This document shows, piece by piece, positions 37,026-49,000 of a stretch of 64,000 bases of DNA (within the stretch, counting starts at the first letter, position 1; each line of letters starts with the position of its first letter). Made by a program: the position numbers and the translations under genes. The notes beneath the pieces were generated by a model that did not search any database, had not been told where the DNA came from, and saw only the letters and a program-made list of their open reading frames with translations. The stretch covers positions 16,120,001 to 16,184,000 of the forward strand of contig OZ287749.1 in NCBI GenBank assembly GCA_965649765.1. Reading direction: 5' to 3'. This stretch comes from Bispira polyomma (taxonomy: Eukaryota).

Positions 37026-40000
37026 GAAAAAAAAAAAAAAAAAAAAAAAAACATACCAGAATTAAGTAGTATCTTCTATGAATATATTTTTCATTTGATG
37101 CCAGTTTGTTTCAAAAATATCTTCTTTGAAGTTTAATTTAGCTACCAGTTTTTGTTCTTCATATACAGTTTTAATTTTTAACACTAATTCAACAATATCA
37201 AAATTTAATAGTTTCCTAGACTTTGAGTATATATAATTTTTTGTTACCAAAAATATTGTATTAATTGCAATGGAGTTACTATTTCTGTATAAGTATCCCA
37301 ACATAATATCCTCCGGTTTTATTTCAAGATTAAATCTGGTATTTTTTTGTATCCACCTTTTTAGAAGTTTCCAGAGTTCCATAGAGTTGGGACAATAGTA
37401 AAATAGATGGAGCAGAGATTCTGCAGCAGTGTTACATATTAAACAGTTAGGAGAGGGACTTTTGCCAATTATATAGAGAATTTTTTGTGTGCCTAAAATT
37501 CTGTGAATGATTCTATATTGAAACCATTTAAGATAGGAATCTTGGATAGTTTTAAAACATATTCGAAAGATGCATTGCCAATGGCCATTATTCAATTCTA
37601 TATTCAAATCTTCATGCCATTTTCTTTTCAATTCCATTTCAAAGTGTTGTTTATTCAGTCTTTATAGAAACCTTTAGCGCCTTTGTTGGAATGGTATAGG
37701 AATGTCAATGAATTAAGAATATATGGTTGATTGAAAATAAATTTATCACATTTCTTATGCTTTTTCACAAAAACACTGGTCAATATTTTTATTCGATGAT
37801 ATTCAAGAAAATTGATTCGTTTTAGGCTAAATTTTTTTTCAATATCCTGTTGGCTGAGGATACCCCCTTGAATATCAAGAATATCCCCAACACACAATCC
37901 CATGATTAAACCATTTAGGCAGAAAAAGTGTTTCTCTAGAAATTTGTGGATTGTACCATAATGGAGAAGATAAGATCTCATTATTGTCCTTAATGTTATT
38001 GTTTTCCGATAGGTTGATCCATGAGATAAGCAGTTCTTTCCAGAACTCATTTGATGTCATATTACTTAAATATTTACACCATTGTATCCCCAATTTAGAA
38101 AATTTTGAAACTGGAGATATAGTTTTCTCAAAAAGGCTAAGCCAGGGAGAGGATTTCGTTTTCAAAATTCTTTTCATCCAAGACAGTTTCAAAGAGTGAA
38201 TGAAATTTTCCAAATTAACCATTCTCAGTCCGCCTTCTTGATAATCTTGTGTAAGGTAGATACGCTTGATTTTGTCTGGTTTATCTCCCCACAGGAAAGA
38301 AAACAATAGTCTGTTAATGTCTTGAATAAATTTTTTATTTGGTGATGGAATAACTGAAAACAGATGATTAAATTTAGAAAGAATGAAAGTTTTGATAATT
38401 GTGATTTTTCCAAGAGGAGTCAAGTTCCTTTTTTTCCAATTAATTAGTAGTTTCTTTGACCTTTCTAAAGCAATTGTGTAGTTTATATTACCTATCTCTG
38501 CCAAATCCACTGAAAATATTATTCCCAACAGGTTAAATTGAGTAGTACCCCAATCCAATTTTGATGATACAGTTAGCTTATCAGTGGAGTATTTCTTACT
38601 TCCTATCCAAATTAGTTTGGTTTTACTCATGTTCATTTTTAATCCTGATAAAGTTCCAAATATTTCGATTGTATTTAGGGCAGACTGTAGAGATCTTTGG
38701 GAGCCATCTAAAATAAGGGTTGTATCGTCAGCAAACTGTGTAAGTTTGAATTCTTCTAGATCAACTGTTATTCCCTTAATTTCAATATTTTGATTAATTA
38801 GATAGAGTAGAATTTGACCACATATAAGAAACAGATATGGGGCTATGGGGTCCCCTTGTTTACAGCCTCTTTCAATCTTTATGAATTCAGACTTTATGCC
38901 AACTTGTACAACGGATGCCAGTATATCAGTGTTCAAGTGCCAAGGAACTCCAAAACATTATATAGAAATTTCCACGAAACTGAATCAAAGGCTTTCTCAA
39001 AGTCAATTAACATCAATAAACCACTTTTTTTCTTTACTTCAACATGATTCATTATATCGTATATTAATCGAGTCGATTCACCAATATAGCGACCTTGTAT
39101 AAATCCAGTTTGAGTTTCAGAAATTATAGAATGAAGAACCATTTTTAGTCTGTTAGCAATGACGCTAGATGCAAGTTTATATAATACACATAATAATGAG
39201 ATAGGACGCCAGTTTTTCAAAAATTCTCTTGGTTTATCACCCTTTGGGATGCAATTAATTATTGCCTGACGAACTGTTATTGACATTTTTCCCTTTCTGT
39301 AGCTATCGTTAAGAGCATCAAGTATCAAAAATTTTAATTTACACCAGAAAACTTTGAAAAATTCAGATGGAAAACCATCAATGCCAGGGGTTTTGTTATT
39401 TTTCATTTTTTGTAGAGCGTTACTAAGTTCATTTAGCGTTATTGGTCCTTCAAGTGTTAATGCCTCAGAATTTGTTAATTTATTTACAGGTTCATTTTAG
39501 TCATGCTTAACTTTAGTTCATTCTAGTCAGAGAGATAAGGGTGCCAATTGTGCCTGAAAATTGATTCGCGATATATTTGATAACGGGTGAAGACACAGTT
39601 GCTAGGGGCCGACTCCAGTGGGGGATAATACAAATTCTTCAATATAACTATATAAATAGAAACTATACCTTAGCAAAGGTCATTTTATATTATAATCATA
39701 AGAACAATAAAATTTGTATCATCACATATTGGGATCTTGCACTAGTATTCACAATATGTACTGCAATTATATTGGATCATAATACTTTTGCAAAAATTAA
39801 AGAAAGTTTTAAAATCGAACAAGTTTCTCTACCCATGTACTAAAGCTGGCACAGTAAAAGAAATCGGGAAAAGTGGTCTTTGATGAAATTGTAGAAATAA
39901 TGAAAATTTGAGTAATATTTAATGTATTTTACATGTATTGCATTGCCAAAATATATTGGGATATAGTGAGTTTTCAATATATTGTTAGACCCTTAATTAG

Positions 40001-43000
40001 GACATTTACATAGCACATGTACCTACACCGTGTATGTAACATTGATCCTACAGTTCACTGCTGCAGTGTGTACAGCAGAGCTATTGTATACAAAGTCTGC
40101 TCTTCTGTTGTTCTTGTTTTTTTGTTTTTTTCGAAAGTATGATGTTTTTTTTTTAAATTTTTAACATTTTATTGTTCTCGTTGGATTCCGATTACACGTA
40201 CACAACAATGAGTAATGTGGCAGAAATGACTAAAACACAACTTACAATACGTAAGTAAATACATACACAAACACTTTTCATGAAAATGCATCTAACAAAC
40301 AAAGCATACTCTGTTCCATGTTTCACTTAATAATAGCCGTCCAGTGTCAGTAGGCTTTGTTCTTAACATTTCGATATCAATTCTTTTTTTTTTAAGAAGT
40401 TCATAGAAATGAGAGCAAGAAAGTTTTGTATTTTTTGTTAGAGGATACAAATACAAAGTAATGTTCATTAAGGTAAGGTTAATGAAGTAAAAAAACCTTG
40501 ACAAAAAAAGCAGAAAAAAAAACACATTTTTGCAACATATGTACATTATGCTGACCAAGCCTAATTTATCATATTCATTATTTCACTGTTATTGTTTATA
40601 GACTGTAGACTGTGTAGTCTTTACTGTTTCTTAGGACTAACACATGTCTTTTACAACTTGGCCATAAACAGCCGAGTGTGTTTTAATAATATCATTAAAG
40701 GTACTTGCTTATCTCACTTACAGCAAAAATAAGTTTTGTTAAAGATAAATTATTTGTATCAAAATCATATTTTTAGTACAATAAATTAATTGTATGACAG
40801 AATTTTGATCTACTTCCAATAATCACTAATTTTACACAAATTGTATTCATTATAATTTCAGACCCGAATTATTTTTTGATAAATTTTAATCGTGTCTATA
40901 GCTAGGCAATCTAGGCACAATACTGAGATTCCCTTATCTTCCAGAGGTAATGATTATAATTATAGGATACAAATCTGTTCAAAATTATATATTGAAAGCT
41001 TTGGAGTTTGGGTTCTTGACAAATATTTTAGGGTAAATTAAATATGCTTAACCCAGTCTAGGACTCTAGAAAAGGGTAGTATTCAACCCATTTGTTAACT
41101 GCAGGTGGATATCTATTGAAATATGTTAAATATGTATATATGTCCATATTTTTTAAGCTTATTATGTTTTTGTGTATCTGTGGGGCAATGGGGGGCATTT
41201 TTATAATGTCAGTATCTCGCCTATGCCAAACCGTTCCAATTCTGGGATACTGAAAATGTATTGCTTCTAGTATCTCCCCAATAACATGTAGGCTACATTA
41301 CAGAAGGTGGACTTTTGCCAAAACAAGTTTCCACTCAACTAAATCACAAATAAAACTCATAAATCTCTAAAACTGTAGCATGACAAGTTATATTTTCTGA
41401 ACATATTGACATGATATTGTATCTGATTATATATTTTGAGGTTTCCAAGGGACTCATATTGCATTCTTTGCCCAGTAGTTTATTACCCAGCAAGATAAAT
41501 CGATTGTATTGTTGTTTTTCTTGAAATATTTAATAGGTTTTTTGTAAAATTGAATAGGTTTCTTGTAATATTAAATAGGTTTGGCAAAGGACATTTGTAG
41601 AAATCATTAAGGGCAAACACTGGGCAAAATTTTGAAAATCTACTTTTTTCAGTACGGACACAATTTTTATTTCACATCTACCAGTAGTTCAGTTGTATCT
41701 TTGCAAGTTGCAGTTGCAGAAATATCTCAATCATGTAACAATCTAGATAAAACTCACCATTCCCTCTGGAGGATTCACTGAGATCATATTTTCTGACTTC
41801 AGAGCATCAGTTTTAACAGAACTATGAAATTTGAAGTCGTCTATAAATATCTGCTCACCAAATCCTAAGAAAAAAACAACACAAAGATGTGCACGATTGT
41901 TACAATGTAATCATAGGTATCAAAAACCAATAATGCATCAACCTTGCCAATATCGTATCACAAGTTGACCAATAACGTATCAACAACCAATAACATATCA
42001 TCTTTGACCAATAATGTATCAATTCACCTACCCAATAATGCTACAACCCTCGACTGATAAGTATTAATTATCACACCACCGATAATGTACCAACACATTA
42101 ACCAATAATGCATCAGCAGTGAATCAAGGTAAATATCACTTACATGTTGGTAGCATGAATATCAAATATTAAGATGTAAATCTGAATGATATATAAAATT
42201 GTTTTGATATGAGATGGAAAGTACTGGTGCTACTTTTTGCTGTTCTGTGATGGGCATTTGCCTCTTTCTGTGAAATATATTATTTTAGACTGACATTCCC
42301 TTTGTTTCCAGACATCTAAGGGAGTACTAATCAGTGTGTCAACATCAACACATAAAATTGCCTTTGGGTTTAATTTCTTATCCAGATAGATTACCATTGT
42401 TTTTTTAATTCTGGACATTTTAAGAAAATGTAACCGTTCTATCTTCACAAAATTTAATATATGAGCTGGTCTTGGTAATACCTTGCTTGGCATTGGTTTT
42501 GGGCTGAATCACAATTCTGAACCTGCTGCCATGACAACAATCTGAATTTTTATATCTGGGCATTTTAATACTCCTGTTTCACCAATCATACAATTATGCG
42601 ATTGGAACATACTAGGGGACATAATTGGGGAGGTCGTAAGACTTATCTTTGATATTCGGGCAAACTCGGGTCCTTCGGTGAGGTATGAAAACATGTTTGA
42701 AAACCTCTGCGAATAGGTGATCATCAGTAAGTCATGGCCACTCGGGGCCACTCGTAACCTTCCTGACGAATTATTTGTAAGTGGATTGAGAAAAAAGACA
42801 GAACCCACAAAAACTGCAGAAGTTTACATTTTTACAAGGGAATTTTGCTGGTATTGTAAGCAAAAAAATACAGGAAAACCTCTATTATCCAAATACGGTT
42901 TCACTCTCCTGGATTTTCATTTTTGCAAAGATTTATGTTAAATGCCACTTCTATTTCATAAACATTCTTTTATTTAAACAAAATGTTGCTCTCCCAACAA

Positions 43001-46000
43001 TAGTATTTTAATTGACTTCTGAGAAAGTAGAAATGGCTGAAAACATTAGGTAATCTATCAGTTTTGCTTTACACAAATTGTATTCATTATAATTTCAGAC
43101 CTAAATTATTTTTTGATAAATTTTAGTCGTGTCTATAGCTAGGCAATCTAGGCACAATACTGAGATTCCCTTATCTTCCAGAGGTAAAGATTATAATTAT
43201 AGGATATTATAGAATTATTTGTAAGTGGATTGAGAAAAAAGACAGAACCCACAAAAACTGCAGAAGTTTACATTTTTACAAGGGAATTTTGCTGGTATTG
43301 TAAGCAAAAAAATACAGGAAAACCTCTATTATCCAAATACGGTTTCACTCTCCTGGATTTTCATTTTTGCAAAGATTTATGTTAAATGCCACTTCTATTT
43401 CATGAACATTCTTTTATTTAAACAAAATGTTGCTCTCCCAACAATAGTATTTTAATTGACTTCTGAGAAAGTAGAAATGGCTGAAAACATTAGGTAATCT
43501 ATCAGTTTCACTATGGTGACATATAATTTACCCCTCGCTAGAGATACATATTTTCACATTTTTTATTTGTACGTATAAGATACTTTGGCAACTATATGGC
43601 ATCTTATCCAAGCAGTGTTAAGATTCTGGTGCAACCACACACATATTTTTCCATAACAAATCTACACAAAAGTCAATTTTCACTAGGGCTGCAAGCGAAC
43701 CGGAAAATGGGCATTGAGTACCTACTAGATGATTCTCGATTTAATTCAGAGTACTCACAAACAATATTTTAACCCTAACCCTGACAAAAACGAGGCTTCT
43801 GTTTGAATGTTACTATGGTTATTTGACAACTGTAACAAATATGCATTGTAAAGACTAACGAAAGGGGTGGTTATTGGGGAAAATGTTAAGTTTTGGTGTC
43901 TATTTATATATCATTTTATGTTTACGTACGGTTTTATGTATTGTGTACATTTCAGAAGTTAAGAGTTAGCAAATAATCGGCTTCCTGTTTCTGACTCAGT
44001 CCACAAGGCGAATCATTTCAACGTTGATTAACCGACTACTTGTTCTGCCCCCTAATTTTCATTGGGCATAAAACTTTAGGATTATGACAAAATCCACCTA
44101 ACCTTTAATGTCCTGTTTATCCAGTGTTACTCCTTCATTGAACCCAATTTTGACTTGAGGTGCACCAATCAGAAAACACTTCATGTCTATATTTCCCTGC
44201 ACTTCACAATGTATTGGAATTCCCTGTACACAGAAACCAAGGATTCAGATTCTTATTTTTTATTGTCACTTGGTATCAATGTTAATCACAGCACAATAAA
44301 ACATGACACCCAGTTACAAACCAGCCAGCCATTTATGACCTACGAGAGAATAAAAGTGAATGATTACATAATAACATTATACAAAAATAGCCAGCCTCAG
44401 CAGGCAGGAACCCCAGCCCGCAGGTACAAGTAAATTGGCAACAACAGAAACCTGCTGGAATATTATCTATATCATTTCTCCAAACGTGTTTATATTGCTT
44501 GTCCAAATGAAACATGTAGAAAATCAGCTGCAGTTCGACTTGGGCTGAACAACTGTGTCTGAATTTTGCCTGTAGAACACTAAGAAACTTTGAGACTCAA
44601 AAACGTAAAGACACTGCCATGGCAACCAGATACTCCACAAAATGTAATCAACTCTATACCGTATTGGGTTAAACATATCCTAAAAGTGTATGCATGGGTT
44701 TAGGTTGTGAAAGATCCACACAGTTTAAGATCCCAAAATCTTGAGAGCGTTGCTATGGCAACAGTTGTTACCAGATACCCCCCGAAACCTAATCAGCTCT
44801 AGATCCTGTTGACGTAAACAAATCCTGCAAATTTGGTGAAAATCCATGCATGGGTTTAGCCTGGTAACACCCACAAAGTTTAAGACCCCAAAATCTTAAA
44901 AGCGTTGTCATGGCAACAGTTGTTGGTAGATACCCCTAAAACCTAATCAGCTCTAGATCCTCTTGGGGTAAACACATCCTAAAAATTTGGTGAAAATCCA
45001 TGCATGAGTTTAGCCTGTAGAACATCCACAAAGTTTATGTCCGCCGCCGCCGATGCCTCCCGGACGGTGCAGGGGACAACTATAACCTGAGCCTTTGTTG
45101 GCTGGGGTTAAAAACATGACAGGAGTTCGCTTAAAATGAACATGGAAGTAAAGTTTGAATAAAGTAATAGTAAATTTTAAGTCACTTGAAAGTAAAATAT
45201 CATTTAGTTTAATTACGGTAGTATATGTTATATTTGACCAATTGTCTCTTTTTCCAAGCTTGTATTATGAACTGTCAGAACTCTATTGTTATAGTGACTT
45301 CGACATTACAAAATACCCTTTATTGTTTACTGTTATTTTGTTAAACCTAGACACAATCTATGTACTGAACATGACAGTACAGGTCCATTCAACCTCTGAG
45401 AATAGCTTGACAGTACAGGTCCATTCAATCTCTGAGAATAGTTTGTAGACGGGTGGTTACCATGCTCACCAGCCTTAGTCACATTATCACTCTAGATGAC
45501 ATTAGGAAATGATGAGTTAACATGTGTACCACCAACCTTATGTGTACTTGACATAACCTAAAGATGGGCTGCATTTTAAAATCTGTCATCAGAACTGACT
45601 TATGCAGACCTAGCTTATACTTCTGTCCCCAGTTCCCCAAAGCCCTGCTTAAATCAGTGAACATTCTCCTACTAAGTCATATCTTTAGGCTTATTTTGTA
45701 TTTATCTCAATACACATGTTAAGCTCCAATAAGACACAGTAATCCTGATAACGTTTTCCTTCAGGTTCTAGTATACTTACTGTCAATACACAAAGCTCAA
45801 ACTCATTTTTTCACAATTACTCCTAATATGCAGTAAAGCTAAGGAACAGTCTTCCGCAGGAAATTTGTTCTGGTCCTACCTTGTCATATTTTAGAAGCAA
45901 ATTAAAGACATTTTTGTTTATCAAGGGTTTCCCTCCCTTGTTCAATATTCATTCCCGCGTCTCCTTGGATATGACCATCTTTCGTCAAAGAACATTACGA

Positions 46001-49000
46001 GACTACATAATATGATTATGATGAATGCGCCTTAGAATCCACTATAAAGGAGATTAAGCCCTTTTAAAGTTTGATTGGATTAGATTAGATCAGGCTTTAG
46101 TAAGGGACCTTGGTGTGTACTCATTTTATGACCTTATTTTGGGGAAAAAATGTAATTGGATAAGACACACTTCTCCTCTACATTTTAAACATTCAACTAT
46201 TACATCTTACATTTCAGGTGGACTTACCTTTGTGTCAACTGTGGCTGCAATCCGCTCTACCACATCAATAAATATTTCATTATGTTGTCTTTCTTCCTGA
46301 TCAGTTTTAGATTTGATCACTGGTTTATTAGAGGCCTGACTTCCAACCATACGGTGTTCAACCCCAAACTGAAATAGAGAGAGGGCATCAGTGGAAGAGG
46401 GCCATTATAAAGACCATTATAGATCACCGACTACACGAAACGAGGGCCACGGTGGCCTAGTGGTTAGCAAGCACTGCGCTTCACAATCACTGGTCTCTCA
46501 CCTCTGGGCGGTGTGAATTCGAATCCCATCGATGCCTATCTGGGAAAGGTGGTAGTTCCTTACTGTGGGCCGCTGGTTTCTCTGCAGAACCTTGACCAAC
46601 TGTATGCAGTGTTTCCTCCAGTGTTTCCAACTACCCGTCCCAATATAACCTACTAAACGGTACTAGAGTGGACGTTAAATATCCAAATTCAAATTCAAAG
46701 TCACAATGTAATAAGCAATTGGTCAAAATGAACAAGCAAAATATTAATTCCAATTAGCTGTATTGTAGCTTACAGCTGCCCAGAGGTGAGAGACCAGTGA
46801 TTGTGAAGCGCAATGCTTGCTAACCACTAGGCCACAGCGGCCCCCTTATTACATCGTGACAGGCAGTTTACTGGGCGAGGTACTTGGTCAACATTTCTGA
46901 ACTGCAAACCACAGGCCTTCAATAAGTCTCACTGGTAACTTTCTTACAGACAAGCCAGGGCCTACACTACAATACTTATGCTGCAATATGACAGAATTAA
47001 CTGCAACAAAACTGATATAGCAGACATTTGGTGAAACATGTATTTATTATTGGTGAAAAACAGGAGTAGTCATCTTAGAAAAATTATAGAAAGAAAGCAA
47101 ACACATTAAACACATAAAATAGAACTCACTAAACCTGTGGACTTGTTCTCTGGTGTTTTAGTGAGCACCGGGTTACTCTGTATGTATGGTTTCATTTTAT
47201 CTGTACTTGTCAGCTGAACATACCCAAAATCCTGAAAGAAAACATCACAAACAAGCTTTATTAGTTCATTATCAGTACCCCATTTTTTCATGTAAATATT
47301 TTACCTCGAATTGTCAAATGTTGGGTATATTGCTCAGCTCTTGCAAACCAACTTTAACATATTAGTTGTTCGTGTCCAAATTGAAAGAAGAAATAAAAAA
47401 TTGGCTGCCAAAAGCCACAATTTGGCCCAACCTTATATTGTCAAAAGGTTTGCAATCAGATTTTTATTTTTTTTTTCAAAATTGTCACCCAAACACACAA
47501 CATAATGTTTTGATTTGTATGTACATTTGATTTAATAAGTTTTCAAATGGAGTTTATATACGAATATGTGAGCTTTCTATTTACTAATGGATCTTTTGAC
47601 AATGACTTACAACAAATTATTTTTCCAGAATTTCAAAAAAAAAAAGTAAAATATTTATTTATTTAGTTAAAACGTGCAGTTATTTGGATGAACACAGAAA
47701 TACACTTACAATAAATTCGTCCAGAATTTCATGCAGCAAGACAAAGTTCTTCCTCAGTGACTCCTCACTGACAACACCAAACATATCTCTACACAGTTCA
47801 TATAACCTTTAAAACAGAAAAATAATAGCTAAAACTACTAGGCCAATAAAGAATTAACCTATATTGGTAACCATCTATTTTAGAAGAATTTTCAGCAATG
47901 AAATGAAATGTACAGTCAGCTTTTACTTAACTCCAGTCTAGACAGAGATATTAAGACCTTAGATTTGAGCTCAAGTCTGAGTTGGGCTTGCAATATTTGG
48001 ATTTAAATCAATGGCCACTTAATTACTCTCACAGATTATATCATTTGTTTACACACTATGAAACACAATCTGTGGGACAAACATGTTTGTCTCGGTACTT
48101 CAAATAAATCTAGTGAATATATTGTAAGATCTCTTAATAACCTTATTCTTAGAAAGGCACTCACGATGCCTTCACCAAGGTGCCACAGTACCAAAAGATT
48201 TCTGGATCTGCCATTCTATCCAAATACGCTCTAAAATTTAAATGATTCTTTATTGTTCCAAGCCCAGTTCCTCCACCAAATGTTGTGTAAATCAGTTCAG
48301 TTTATTTGTACAATGCTGGACACACGCGAAAACATAATTTTATTGGTGGAGGGAAAAAATTACTAACAAAAAGCAATATATTAATAACTATTAACTACAA
48401 TGAAAACCGTGAAGTATCAACATGCCTGCATAACTTTGAAATTGGACAAAATATTCACTTGGCATCAATGAGCTCAAAATTCAATGGCACCAATAAAATT
48501 TAACAGCACTGGCCCAAATTATGCCACATACTCAATTTTGGCATATTTATTGTAATAAAGTTTGAAAAATAAACTTAAAATCCATATTTTTCGAATAACC
48601 CCACAACCTTTCTCTAGCAGAAAACAGTTTTTGAGCTAACAGAGTATGGACTATCCCTTTTTGGACAATCAGCACTGTAGAAGATTAGAAGTTGGCACTT
48701 TATAAATACTTCTGTAATAATTATATTTCATTCCCAATGTAGAGTTGATCAGAAACTTGTACTTTCAGGTTGTGAACATAGGGCAAGTCCCTAATTTATG
48801 TTTTTAGTAATTACAAAATTATAGTAGATATTTTACAACATCTTTTACCTTGAAATCAACTCAATCCTGTAGACTGGGTCTGCCTTCTGGGCAGATATTG
48901 CAACAAAGTAAATTCTGTGTCTCTTTATGAAGTAAAAATGCACACCTTTAATAACCTGTAAGACATTAAAAAATGAGATACTTCCTTTTTCACTGATATC

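Noticed and set aside
42230-42808. Minus-strand ORFs 42230..42493 and 42509..42808 in AP4M1 intron 7
   Set aside because: No recognisable motif and not needed for the AP4M1 frame; may be an old insertion but cannot be identified without a search.
45470-45560. AG..GTGAG-bounded candidate AP4M1 exon
   Set aside because: In-frame stop in the required phase; the real next exon is 44103-44223.
46443-46530. tRNA gene call for the A/B-box sequences (also ~30800, 31980, 36520, 55020, 60740)
   Set aside because: No complete cloverleaf; followed by SINE body or tail, or present as dispersed diverged copies.
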